From an uncultured Candidatus Saccharibacteria bacterium (GTDB lineage Bacteria > Patescibacteriota > Minisyncoccia > Phycocordibacterales > UBA9973), in assembly GCA_964404925.1 (NCBI GenBank), contig CAYOLW010000001.1, forward strand, positions 105,408 through 169,407: a stretch of 64,000 nt of DNA, written 5' to 3'. The stretch's first letter is position 1. Each line of letters starts with the position of its first letter. Of the stretch, positions 52,844 through 61,784 are shown piece by piece. Below the pieces are notes generated by a model, which was not told the DNA's origin, did no database searches, and worked only from the letters and a program-made list of their open reading frames with translations. Position numbers and translations under genes: made by a program.

Positions 52844-54490
52844 ATGAGTAAGCATAAAAAAACTATTGTTAAAAACCCAAAACAGCAATTTTCTCTTGAT
52901 GGATATGTAGGTTTGCCTTATTTACGTGTTTCAAGTAAGAGACAAGAAATTGAGGGTACTGGCTTACAAAGCCAAGAAAAAAGATGTTTAATGGAGCTTT
53001 CTAATATAGGTATTCCTCACGAGAAAAGTTTTTTTGATAGCTATACAGGGGGTGGGGATTTTATGAACCGACCAGCAATGAGATCTTTACTTGCGTATGT
53101 TGATGCGCATCCTCATAAAAAGTTTGTAGTCATTTTTGATGATTTAAAAAGATTTGCTAGAGATACCGAATTCCACTTAAAGCTTAGACTGGCTTTTAAA
53201 AATAGAGGTATAGTTCCAAAATGTTTAAACTATAATTTTGACGACAGTCCAGAAGGGATGTTTGTTGAAACTGTTTTGGCTGCATCAAATGAATTAGAAA
53301 GAAAACAAAACGCTAGACAGGTAGTGCAGAAACAAAAAGCACGACTTGAGGCTGGGTATCGCGCGTTTCCGTCTGTTAAAGGGTACACAAGAGTAAAAGA
53401 TCCTATTCACGGAAAGATTGATATTCAGAACGAACTTGCTATATATGTAAAAGAAGCTTTAGAAGGATTTGCAAGTATGCGTTTTGTTCACAAAATTGAT
53501 GGGGCTAAGTTCTTACAAGAAAAAGGAGTAATAAGTAAAAAACAAAATGCTGATAAAGCAATTTCTACTTTTGATAAGATGCTAAGAGAAGTCTTCTATG
53601 CTGGATACATAGAATACGAGCCTTGGGAGGTAAATAGAAGGGTTGGACACCATAAGAGCTTGATTGGTCTTGATACTTTTAATAAAAACCAAAATAGGCT
53701 GATTAAAAACGCAGTTTCTTTTACTAGGCAAGATATACGAGAAGGGTTTGAGTTAAGGGGATTAATAAACTGTGCATACTGTAATAAAAAGTATACTGGT
53801 GGACCTTCAACTGGTAGGAGTGGTAAAAAATATAATCTATATAAATGCCCAACAGTAGGCTGTGAAAGATATGGTAAAAGTATAAGTACAAAAATTGTTC
53901 ACACGCATTTTGAAGACTTATTAAAAAATATAAAACCGTGCGAAGAAATAATTGATCTAGCTAAGAGTGTTTTTGAAGAAGTGTGGAACGAGGAAATTAA
54001 AAACAGATCAAGCCTGCATAGTTCAATCATTAAGCATAAAAATGATTTAGAAAATGATATCTCAACTTTTACTGACAGAATATCAAAAGCAGTAGAAACA
54101 GGGGCAAGTGAACTTGTAATAAAACAATATGAAAAGCAAATACATAAAATTGCCACTGAATTAGAAGATCTTGAAGAAAACATAAGCTTAGCGTATGACT
54201 ACAGTATTCCTTATAGAACCGCTAGTGAAGAAGTGTTAGGTGTGTTAAAAAGCCCTTATGCTGTATGGAAAAATTACAATCCAGCACAAAAACAAAGGTT
54301 CTTCTCTTTTATATTTGAGACTAATTTAATTTATAGTAAAGAAGAGGGTTATAGAACACCAAGTTATTCTTTACCTATAAGGATATTTGAGGAAATAAGT
54401 ACCTCAAAACCCCTTGATGTGGAACTGGGGGGAATTGAACCCCCGTGCAGAAAGTGTGTGCCAAGAAATCTACATGTGTATTTTGTTTAA
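52844..54490 (+). CDS. Large serine recombinase (resolvase/integrase family). The last ~23 codons are read across the antisense of the tmRNA 3' end.
   Basis: It has an N-terminal resolvase catalytic domain (YLRVSSKRQE with the catalytic Ser; FDDLKRFARD), then a recombinase domain, a zinc-ribbon-like CxxC...CxxC region (CAYCNK...CPTVGC) and a coiled-coil. Confidence 0.8.
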   Translation: MSKHKKTIVKNPKQQFSLDGYVGLPYLRVSSKRQEIEGTGLQSQEKRCLMELSNIGIPHEKSFFDSYTGGGDFMNRPAMRSLLAYVDAHPHKKFVVIFDDLKRFARDTEFHLKLRLAFKNRGIVPKCLNYNFDDSPEGMFVETVLAASNELERKQNARQVVQKQKARLEAGYRAFPSVKGYTRVKDPIHGKIDIQNELAIYVKEALEGFASMRFVHKIDGAKFLQEKGVISKKQNADKAISTFDKMLREVFYAGYIEYEPWEVNRRVGHHKSLIGLDTFNKNQNRLIKNAVSFTRQDIREGFELRGLINCAYCNKKYTGGPSTGRSGKKYNLYKCPTVGCERYGKSISTKIVHTHFEDLLKNIKPCEEIIDLAKSVFEEVWNEEIKNRSSLHSSIIKHKNDLENDISTFTDRISKAVETGASELVIKQYEKQIHKIATELEDLEENISLAYDYSIPYRTASEEVLGVLKSPYAVWKNYNPAQKQRFFSFIFETNLIYSKEEGYRTPSYSLPIRIFEEISTSKPLDVELGGIEPPCRKCVPRNLHVYFV

Positions 54491-54812
54491 AGTTTTAAAC
54501 TCATAGATTATTAAACGAACAAAATATCTTTGAGTCGATTCCTAAGTTTTCGTGAGTTGTGCGGACGGGCAACTCCTTATTCCGATAATATTACACCTTA
54601 ACCCATGCATCGGAAGTCGATGGGCAAGACGCCAGATTCGACTAAGCGAAAGCTGGAGCAAAAGCGAAATCCTTCATACCGAAGTATGGAGATTTCATTC
54701 CTGCCTTAGATGCTAATTTTGCAATTAGACTTTGAACGCTTATTAACGAGCATGCGTTCATCCTCGACATGCATCAAGACACGACGGCTTACTGTCTATG
54801 CCTGGCAGTCCC
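54419..54812 (-). ncRNA. ssrA: tmRNA (ssrA)
   Basis: On the minus strand the 5' end is GGGACUGCCAGG and the 3' end is GGGGGUUCAAUUCCCCCCAGUUCCAC (tRNA-like T-arm). The acceptor stem has the G3:U70 wobble typical of Ala charging. The conserved UGCAUGUCGAGG box and PK1 are present, followed by an internal ORF ending GCU UUC GCU UAG. It is adjacent to smpB. Confidence 0.85.
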
Positions 54813-54831
54813 ATATTTTTTTCTCAATGTT

Positions 54832-55281
54832 CTACCTCTTATACTGACGGCGAATGTCTATATCCGTTTCACGTTTCTTGATAGTCTCGCGTTTATCGAA
54901 CTTCTTTTTACCGCGAGCAACCGCAATTTCTAATTTAACTTTGCGGTTTTTACTATACAACGAAAGTGGCACTATCGTCAAACTTTTGTTTGCTTCTGTT
55001 TCAGATAATTCTTTGATTTCTTTTTTGGTTAAAAGTAGCTTACGATTACGCAATGGATCATATCCCTGTGGTGCATTGATTTCTTGGTAAGGTTGTATAT
55101 TAGCATTGATTATAAAAGCTTCTCCTCCGCGAATAATGACAAAAGCACCCAAGAGGGATACCTTGCCTGCGCGGATGGCTTTAACCTCGGTGCCGATTAG
55201 TTCGATACCGCATTCGTATTTTTCCTGTATTTCATAGTCAAACCAGGCTTTTTTGTTTTCAGCATATACTGCCATAGTCAT
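54832..55281 (-). CDS. smpB: SsrA-binding protein SmpB
   Basis: A 149-aa protein (...NKKAWFDYEI...GIEL.GTEVK) with a basic C-terminal tail. Confidence 0.9.
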   Translation of the reverse strand: MTMAVYAENKKAWFDYEIQEKYECGIELIGTEVKAIRAGKVSLLGAFVIIRGGEAFIINANIQPYQEINAPQGYDPLRNRKLLLTKKEIKELSETEANKSLTIVPLSLYSKNRKVKLEIAVARGKKKFDKRETIKKRETDIDIRRQYKR

Positions 55282-55350
55282 ATTTTAACACAAAGAATCG
55301 CACTACTAAATAATTTTCTAAAAGTTGATTTTGTTTGATATAATTATTAT

Positions 55351-55755
55351 ATGAGTTTTTTCAAATTTGAAGGTAAAAATACAATAAAGGAAGGAGAAGA
55401 ACACACACCTATTAATGAGATTTTATCTTATGGAGTAATGAAAGATAACTTACATATACATTTAATTCCAACTTATTCTTTTAGCCGACAGGATAAAGTA
55501 GATTACCTGCGTTCGGGGATTGTCCCTAATAATTTAATTGATGGTCTGAAAAAGTTGGCTATTATTGTGCAAGGCGATAATAAGATTAAAAAAATATCAG
55601 CCACATCTCCCGTTGTTTCTAATCATCCAGAAATTTTTGAAAAATTAGGTTTTAAGTATCATGGAAAAGTTGAATACAAACAGTATAACAATCTTGGTTA
55701 TGCGGAAATTTCTAGAGAGGATTTTTTAAAAAAATATTGTTTAGAACAACAATAG
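55351..55755 (+). CDS. Hypothetical protein
   Basis: An ORF with ATG. No family recognised. Confidence 0.35.
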   Translation: MSFFKFEGKNTIKEGEEHTPINEILSYGVMKDNLHIHLIPTYSFSRQDKVDYLRSGIVPNNLIDGLKKLAIIVQGDNKIKKISATSPVVSNHPEIFEKLGFKYHGKVEYKQYNNLGYAEISREDFLKKYCLEQQ

Positions 55756-55792
55756 AATTCCAATTCTTGTTTTTTTGTGTTAACATTTCCAC

Positions 55793-57700
55793 ATGGAATT
55801 TAAATTTTTAAACCAAGAAGAATCAAAAGAAAAAGGAAAAGGGAAGAAGAAGCCTAATGAGCCCAAGTTTATGGGTAGCATTGCTTCCACTGTCCTGATT
55901 TTCATGATTTTAACTGCATTATACCTAGTACTATCTGGTTCTGGTGCGGAAAAAACAACTCAAGTACCCATCTCGGCTGTTGCCGGTGAGGTCGCCGCAG
56001 GACAGGTGCAGGGAATAGTGGTTGAAGGCGAATCCCTCAAAGTTTCCTTAAACGACGGTTCTATTCAAGAATCTAAAAAAGAAGCCGAGGCTTCACTTTC
56101 AGAAACATTATCTAATTATGGAGTTACCAGAGAAGAACTATCAAAAGTAAAAATTGAAATCAAAAATGAATCCGGATGGGGATTCTGGCTCGGCAATATT
56201 CTGCCTTTTGCTTTGCCGATAATATTTATTGTCTTTTTCTTCTGGTACATGTCTCGCAGTGTGAAGGGTGCTGGTATGCAAGCGTTTACCTTCGGCCAAT
56301 CCAAGGCTCGCATAACGGATCCGGATGATAAAAATAATCGAGTAACTTTCAAAGACGTGGCTGGCTGCAAAGAAGCTAAAGAAGAATTAAAAGAAATCGT
56401 AGACTTCCTGAAAAGTCCAAAAAAGTTCCTAGATATTGGCGCCCGTATTCCCAAGGGTGTGATTCTAACTGGTGGCCCAGGTACTGGTAAAACATTGCTT
56501 GCCCGCGCTGTAGCGGGGGAGGCATCGGTTCCATTCTTTCATTTGTCTGGTTCTGAATTCGTAGAAATGTTCGTGGGTGTGGGTGCATCTCGAGTACGCG
56601 ATTTGTTCAAGATGGCTAAGAGGTCAGCCCCAGCAATAATATTCGTCGACGAAATAGACGCTATTGGACGTACTCGTGGAGGGGGATTCGGTGGAGGAAA
56701 CGACGAACGCGAGCAGACCCTAAACCAAATATTGGTTGAAATGGATGGATTTGAACCCAATGACAAGGTGATAGTGATGGCCGCTACCAACAGACCGGAT
56801 GTTCTCGACCCGGCGCTTGTGCGCCCAGGACGTTTTGACCGCAAAGTAATACTTGATTTACCGGACCGTGCTGACCGTGAAGCTATACTTGGAATTCATG
56901 CACTTAAAAAGCCTTTGGCTGAAGATATAAATTTGAAATTAATTGCTGAGCGTACTCCGGGGTTCTCGGGCGCGGATTTGTATTCTGTGATGAACGAAGG
57001 TGCTATTTTAGCCGCTCGCGAGAACAGGAAAAAGGTTTCTCAATTTGACTTAATTCGTGCAATTGAAAAGGTGATGCTGGGCCCTGAGAGAAAGAGTCAT
57101 CTACTCAGTGATATGGAAAAGAAAATCACTGCCTACCATGAGGCCGGCCATGCATTGGTTGCCTCTGTGCTGCCGTATGCAGATCCAGTGCACAAGGTTT
57201 CTATTGTAGCTCGTGGTTCAGCTGGTGGATATACGCTGAAGCTTCCACTCGAAGATCGCAAACTACAATCTAAAAAAGAATTCCTAGACGACATCGCAAT
57301 GTCTTTGGGTGGTTATGTGGTGGAAAAAATGATTTTCGGCGATGTGACTACCGGCCCTTCTTCTGATCTACAAGTAGCTTCCAACTTAGCTCGCGCTATG
57401 GTTACCCGCTGGGGTATGTCGGATTTGATTGGTCCAGTGGCTCTTTCCGAAGGTAGCAAGAATCCATGGTCTGATCACACAGACAAAGAGTACTCCGAAG
57501 CATTGGCGGAGAAAGTTGACTCTGAAGTTTCTAAGATTATCCAAGGAGGGCTCCAGTCTGCAGAGCAGGTTGTAAATGATAATCGCAAGGCTCTGGATGC
57601 GATAGCCGCGAAACTAATTGAAGTTGAAACCCTAGAACAAGAAGAATACGAAAAGATAATTATTGCCCACGGAATATTACCAAAGAAAAAAGCCGAGTAA
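55793..57700 (+). CDS. ftsH: ATP-dependent zinc metalloprotease FtsH
   Basis: Two TM helices, then an AAA module (GPPGTGKT Walker [10 protein letters not shown] Walker B), an SRH, and the HEAGHA zinc-binding motif. Confidence 0.95.
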   Translation: MEFKFLNQEESKEKGKGKKKPNEPKFMGSIASTVLIFMILTALYLVLSGSGAEKTTQVPISAVAGEVAAGQVQGIVVEGESLKVSLNDGSIQESKKEAEASLSETLSNYGVTREELSKVKIEIKNESGWGFWLGNILPFALPIIFIVFFFWYMSRSVKGAGMQAFTFGQSKARITDPDDKNNRVTFKDVAGCKEAKEELKEIVDFLKSPKKFLDIGARIPKGVILTGGPGTGKTLLARAVAGEASVPFFHLSGSEFVEMFVGVGASRVRDLFKMAKRSAPAIIFVDEIDAIGRTRGGGFGGGNDEREQTLNQILVEMDGFEPNDKVIVMAATNRPDVLDPALVRPGRFDRKVILDLPDRADREAILGIHALKKPLAEDINLKLIAERTPGFSGADLYSVMNEGAILAARENRKKVSQFDLIRAIEKVMLGPERKSHLLSDMEKKITAYHEAGHALVASVLPYADPVHKVSIVARGSAGGYTLKLPLEDRKLQSKKEFLDDIAMSLGGYVVEKMIFGDVTTGPSSDLQVASNLARAMVTRWGMSDLIGPVALSEGSKNPWSDHTDKEYSEALAEKVDSEVSKIIQGGLQSAEQVVNDNRKALDAIAAKLIEVETLEQEEYEKIIIAHGILPKKKAE

Positions 57701-57712
57701 TCGGCTTTTTTC
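57686..57712 (+). terminator. Intrinsic terminator after ftsH (aaaaaagccgagtaatcggcttttttc)
   Basis: A hairpin plus a T-run that overlaps the ftsH stop codon. Confidence 0.7.
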
Positions 57713-57721
57713 TTTCTATTG

Positions 57722-57795
57722 TCCACCCTCATGGATTCGAACCATGGACCCCAGAGGTATAAGCTCTGTGCTCTAACCAACTGAGCTAAGGGTGG
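57722..57795 (-). tRNA. tRNA-Ile with anticodon UAU (74 nt; CCA not encoded; C1:G72; discriminator A)
   Basis: A cloverleaf can be drawn by eye: acceptor CCACCCU/AGGGUGG, D-arm GCUC/GAGC, anticodon stem CAGAG/CUCUG with loop CUUAUAC, and T-arm CAUGG-UUCGAAU-CCAUG. Confidence 0.7.
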
Positions 57796-57821
57796 AAGAG
57801 TAAGTAATTTATACTACAAAT

Positions 57822-60038
57822 TTACTCAAAATGGAAATCCAAATTCTTTTTCTCCACTTTTTCTTTGAGGAAGGGGTATTCGGTAAGTAATGGGTCCTCA
57901 GATATCATGCGTACAGCTTCGGTGCGAGCGGCTTCAACCATTTTGATATTTTTGATTGCTTCCATCCCGAGGTCGGATATACCCCATTGCTTGGTCCCGG
58001 CCAGTTCACCAGATCCGCGCAGTGCCAGGTCGAGCTCGGAAAGCTCAAATCCATTTTTGGCAGTTTTGAGTGCATTTAACCGGTCCATGGTTTTGTCACT
58101 TTTTGCATCAGCGAACACATAGCAGTATGCCTGGTGGTTGCTGCGGATAACTCGTCCACGAAGTTGGTGTAGTTGAGCCAATCCGAATCGTTCTGCGCCC
58201 TCGATAATTATCACGGTAGCATTCGGTACATTAACCCCAACCTCAACCACCGAGGTAGCCACCAATATATCAATTCCTTTATTGGCGAATTTCTGCATCA
58301 CTTCTTCTTTTTTTTGTTTGCTCATTTTACTATGCAGGATTCCTATTTCGTATTTTTGGAAAACTTCTTTCTTGAGTCTTTTTGCTTCTGAGGTAACAGA
58401 TTTCATTTCGAGCGCGGCTTCTTCATCGTCTGCAATACGTGGACATATTACATATAATTGTCTTCCAGCTGCGAGCTCGATGTGGATTTTTTCATATACA
58501 TTTTCGCGTTTGTCTGGAGATACTATATCGGTCAGTACTTGTTTGCGTCCAGCCGGCATTTCCGCAAGCAAAGATAAATCCAAGTCACCGTATATAGTAA
58601 GCGCCAGTGTGCGTGGAATGGGCGTGGCAGTCATCGATAGGAGGTGTGGGGCAGTATTGTCCTTCCTAACTAATTTTTGTCTCTGGGCTGTGCCGAATCG
58701 GTGCTGTTCATCTATAATTACGAGTCCCAAGTCTTTAAATTTGACTGACTTTTGAATCAGCGCATGTGTGCCGACGACGATTGGAACCTCACCATTAGCT
58801 ACCCATTTTAAAAGCTGACTCCTTGAAATATCAGTCCAAGATTTAGGATTAATTTTAGAAGGGAATTTACGGCAGCCGCTGCCGGTGATTAGTCCAACAT
58901 TTATATTTAAGTATTCAAAATATTTAATGAAAGATTCGAATTGCTGCACAGCCAATATCTCTGTTGGTGTCATATAGGCTACCTGCAGATTTCCAAAAGT
59001 TTGTTTTCCGGGTCGGGTATTTACTGTGGCATATGCGGCGGCTGCAGCGACGAGTGTCTTGCCGGAACCCACATCACCTTCGAGTAATCGAGACATTGGA
59101 TAGTCGCGTGTCATGTCTGACAATATCGTGTCTATGGATTTTCCTTGTGAATCAGTAGGTTTAAAAGGGAAGCGTTTCAGAAATTCATCAGCATTGTTTT
59201 GTGACACCTTAAAGCTTTTGTGTTTTTTATATGCATTTTTATCTTGCTGTCGCCCGAGCTGGATTAGGAATACGTCTTCAAAGGCAAACCTTTTGCGGGC
59301 GGCTATTGCGTCGGACTCTTTGCGTGGGCGATGAATCCAAACTAGGGCAGTGGATAGAGTTGGCAGGTTGTATTTAGTAAGTATGTCTTTAGGTATGTAA
59401 TCCTCCATTCCATCAATGGTTTTTTCTTTCAGTATTTTTTCTACAGCATGATAAAACCATTTAGAAGTAATACCACGACTCTCTCGGTAAATTGGGTAGG
59501 AGAGACCACTCGTATACACAGGATTTTTCTGTGTTCCTCGCACACTTACCGCCTTGTCGGTAGAAAAATCCTGTGTATTCTCGTTACTATTTTTTTGTTG
59601 AAATAATGAATTGTGCAGATCAATCGGTAGGTCAGGTATCCGCTCGAATTCTGGGTTGGTTAGATAGTCTCCATTTTTACCGCCAGCTACCTTGCCGGTC
59701 ATTTTTACAGATTCTCCATCATGTAGCATTTTGGCTAGATATGCCTGGTTGAACCACATTATTTTTATCCGCCCAGACGTGTCCTCAATATAGCCTTCGG
59801 CCATAGGTATTTTAGATTTCCATGCTTTTTTAGTTTTAAGTCCAGAGACTTTGCCGAATACTGTGGCAACTTCTCCGGAGACGAGCTCATTAATTCTTTT
59901 GACTGTACTGATGTCGCTATAACGAGTAGGGAAGTAAAACAGGAGGTCCGCCACACTAAAAATGCCAAGACGCTTCAAAGCAGACTTGGCACCATCGTCG
60001 AGGCGAAAGTGATTTTCTAATTTATCACTGAGCTTCAT
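57822..60038 (-). CDS. recG: ATP-dependent DNA helicase RecG
   Basis: An N-terminal wedge/OB region, then the helicase motifs (GDVGSGKT, DEQHRFG, the SMTATPIPRT region) and the C-terminal QLHQLRGRVIR motif. Confidence 0.9.
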   Translation of the reverse strand: MKLSDKLENHFRLDDGAKSALKRLGIFSVADLLFYFPTRYSDISTVKRINELVSGEVATVFGKVSGLKTKKAWKSKIPMAEGYIEDTSGRIKIMWFNQAYLAKMLHDGESVKMTGKVAGGKNGDYLTNPEFERIPDLPIDLHNSLFQQKNSNENTQDFSTDKAVSVRGTQKNPVYTSGLSYPIYRESRGITSKWFYHAVEKILKEKTIDGMEDYIPKDILTKYNLPTLSTALVWIHRPRKESDAIAARKRFAFEDVFLIQLGRQQDKNAYKKHKSFKVSQNNADEFLKRFPFKPTDSQGKSIDTILSDMTRDYPMSRLLEGDVGSGKTLVAAAAAYATVNTRPGKQTFGNLQVAYMTPTEILAVQQFESFIKYFEYLNINVGLITGSGCRKFPSKINPKSWTDISRSQLLKWVANGEVPIVVGTHALIQKSVKFKDLGLVIIDEQHRFGTAQRQKLVRKDNTAPHLLSMTATPIPRTLALTIYGDLDLSLLAEMPAGRKQVLTDIVSPDKRENVYEKIHIELAAGRQLYVICPRIADDEEAALEMKSVTSEAKRLKKEVFQKYEIGILHSKMSKQKKEEVMQKFANKGIDILVATSVVEVGVNVPNATVIIIEGAERFGLAQLHQLRGRVIRSNHQAYCYVFADAKSDKTMDRLNALKTAKNGFELSELDLALRGSGELAGTKQWGISDLGMEAIKNIKMVEAARTEAVRMISEDPLLTEYPFLKEKVEKKNLDFHFE

Positions 60039-60039
60039 T

Positions 60040-60411
60040 TTAGCTAACTAGGGATTTAACGCGTTCAGCGAGTTGGTCTAGGGTAAAATTGGATTTAACC
60101 ATAAATTCACTAATGCCGAGTTCGTTGGCTTTTTTGATATCTTTTTCTTCTGAGAGGTTAGAGAAAACAATAACTGGAGTTTTAGCATGTTTAGGCTCTT
60201 CTCGCATTTTCTCAAGCACTCCAAATCCATCTACTCCCGGCAGCATAAGGTCGAGCAATACAATATCTATGTGTACGTTTTTAGCAAAGAGTTCTAAGGC
60301 TTCTTCTCCATTATTGGAAGTCAAAACTTCATAACCTTCTTTGGTCATTTTCTTGGCTTCTAGCCCTTGTAGGAAATTGTCGTCTTCAACTATTAAAACT
60401 GTTTTAGCCAT
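60040..60411 (-). CDS. Single-domain response regulator (CheY-like receiver only)
   Basis: The acidic pocket is DD...D (VEDDNF...LLDLMLPGVDG) and the conserved K is in FMVKSNF. There is no output domain. Confidence 0.85.
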   Translation of the reverse strand: MAKTVLIVEDDNFLQGLEAKKMTKEGYEVLTSNNGEEALELFAKNVHIDIVLLDLMLPGVDGFGVLEKMREEPKHAKTPVIVFSNLSEEKDIKKANELGISEFMVKSNFTLDQLAERVKSLVS

Positions 60412-60412
60412 A

Positions 60413-60787
60413 TTAGTTTATTAACATTTTTATCTTCTCTACTAGTTCGTCTAGAGTGAAGTTGGATTTAACCATAAAGTTGGAAATACCAAGCTTGGTA
60501 GCTTCTTTCACGTCTTTCTCTTCGTATAGGTTAGAGAATACAATAACAGGCACCTTACCAATAACCTCGTCTTTGCGGATAGTGCGTAAAATCTCGAATC
60601 CATCTACTCCCGGCAGCATAAGGTCGAGCAATACCAAATCAACCTCGCCCTTGCGGTCAGCAATAGCTTTGAATGCTTCATCGCTGTTTGAAGCGGTGAG
60701 CACTTCGTAACCTTTCTCTTTAAGTTTTTTTGCTTCTAGACCGGAGAGGAAATTATCATCTTCGATCACAAGTATTGTTTTAGCCAT
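60413..60787 (-). CDS. Single-domain response regulator (receiver only), a tandem paralogue of the downstream gene
   Basis: It is about 60% identical to the adjacent RR, and the two genes share an exact 26-nt DNA repeat (cccggcagcataaggtcgagcaatac). Confidence 0.85.
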   Translation of the reverse strand: MAKTILVIEDDNFLSGLEAKKLKEKGYEVLTASNSDEAFKAIADRKGEVDLVLLDLMLPGVDGFEILRTIRKDEVIGKVPVIVFSNLYEEKDVKEATKLGISNFMVKSNFTLDELVEKIKMLIN

Positions 60788-60826
60788 ATGATAATTATAC
60801 TAATAATAGGGACTAGCGCAAGGATG

Positions 60827-61579
60827 CTATTTATATACTGGTAGGGTAAAGAAGAAAGTGGTGCCTTCGCCATGATTACTTTCAAACCATATTTTACCGT
60901 TGTTATCCTCGATTATTTTCTTGCTGGTAAACAGTCCAATGCCAGAACCCATGATTTCTTTTTTCTCAGCTTCTGGATCGCGGTAAAACTTTTGGAAAAT
61001 TTTGCTTTTACCTTCTGCAGATATACCAACTCCGGTATCTTTAACCGAAACTTGCATCATGCCATCAAGTTCTTTAATAGTGACGAAAATCTTGCCATGC
61101 ATATCACTGTATTTGACCGCATTTTCTATTAAGTTTTGTAAAACAACTCGCACTTTTTCTTTATCAGCATTTACTGCATGTAAGCGCTCAGGTTTTAGGA
61201 ATATTATTTCTACACCCTTGGCATAGGCTTCGCCGGTAAAGTCGAATATTACTCCATTGATGAGTTCAGATAAATCTACTTTACTAAATACATATTTTTT
61301 ATCTAGGATGTCTTCTGTTTTATTCGCTAGCAAAAGCTCGCTCACTATGCCGATAGCTCGGTCGTTGCCTTCGTAGGCTTTGCGCATTAGGTTTTCTTGC
61401 TCAGGGGTCATTTTGCCCAAATCGCCATCTAAGAACATTTTGATTATCCATTTAAGCGCAGAAAGGGAAGTACGCACTTGGTGCGCTGCAATAGACACAA
61501 TATCTGATTTGACTGAGTGGACTTCTTTTAAGTGTCCAACTTCTTCTTCTAATTTCTTTATCTGCTCGTCTTTTTCCAT
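60827..61579 (-). CDS. Cytoplasmic sensor histidine kinase (HisKA + HATPase_c). It has no TM or sensor domain, only an N-terminal coiled-coil.
   Basis: The H-box is SIAAHQVRTSL. The N-box is LIENAVKYS. G1 is VKDTGVGI and G2 is GSGIGL. Confidence 0.85.
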   Translation of the reverse strand: MEKDEQIKKLEEEVGHLKEVHSVKSDIVSIAAHQVRTSLSALKWIIKMFLDGDLGKMTPEQENLMRKAYEGNDRAIGIVSELLLANKTEDILDKKYVFSKVDLSELINGVIFDFTGEAYAKGVEIIFLKPERLHAVNADKEKVRVVLQNLIENAVKYSDMHGKIFVTIKELDGMMQVSVKDTGVGISAEGKSKIFQKFYRDPEAEKKEIMGSGIGLFTSKKIIEDNNGKIWFESNHGEGTTFFFTLPVYK

Positions 61580-61611
61580 AGACTATATTATAGCATTAGT
61601 TTTGTTTGGTG

Positions 61612-61698
61612 CGGATAGGGTGGGATTCGAACCCACGGTTCTTTTTACAGAACGGCGGTTTAGTAAACCGCTGCCTTAAGCCTCTCGGCCACCTATCC
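61612..61698 (-). tRNA. Class-II tRNA-Ser (G73 discriminator, long variable arm) with an apparent anticodon ACU
   Basis: The acceptor is GGAUAGG/CCUAUCC. The D-arm GCC-GAGAGGCUUAA-GGC is nearly identical to E. coli tRNA-Ser. The anticodon stem is GCGGU/ACCGC with loop UUACUAA. The variable arm is GUUCU-GUAAAA-AGAAC, and the T-arm is GUGGG-UUCGAAU-CCCAC. Confidence 0.7.
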
Positions 61699-61784
61699 GT
61701 CCACCCAATATACAACAAGATTATTTTTTCACAAAGGCTCAATGGAAAATATAAATATATATGCTAAACTAACCACGTCTAAAC

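Larger units (their letters stand above)
46350..54490. mobile_element. Putative integrated genomic island of about 8 kb with defence-like cargo and a terminal large serine recombinase, abutting the 3' end of the tmRNA gene. It is markedly AT-richer than the flanks.
   Basis: Supported by the composition shift, the recombinase at the right end overlapping ssrA, and the cargo of ImmA/DUF4411, KAP NTPase, an Abi-alpha-like::Nudix protein and orphan hypotheticals. The left boundary is approximate. Confidence 0.5.
60040..60787 (-). repeat. Tandem gene duplication of receiver-domain genes
   Basis: An exact nucleotide repeat occurs at 60239-60264 and 60609-60634, and the two encoded proteins are paralogous. 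Confidence 0.7.

Noticed and set aside
46350-54490. Long direct repeats (a duplicated ssrA 3' end) flanking the island, as expected for tyrosine-integrase islands.
   Set aside because: None was found by eye. This is consistent with a serine recombinase, which needs only a 2-bp crossover. The island boundaries therefore remain approximate and are flagged for a comparative check.
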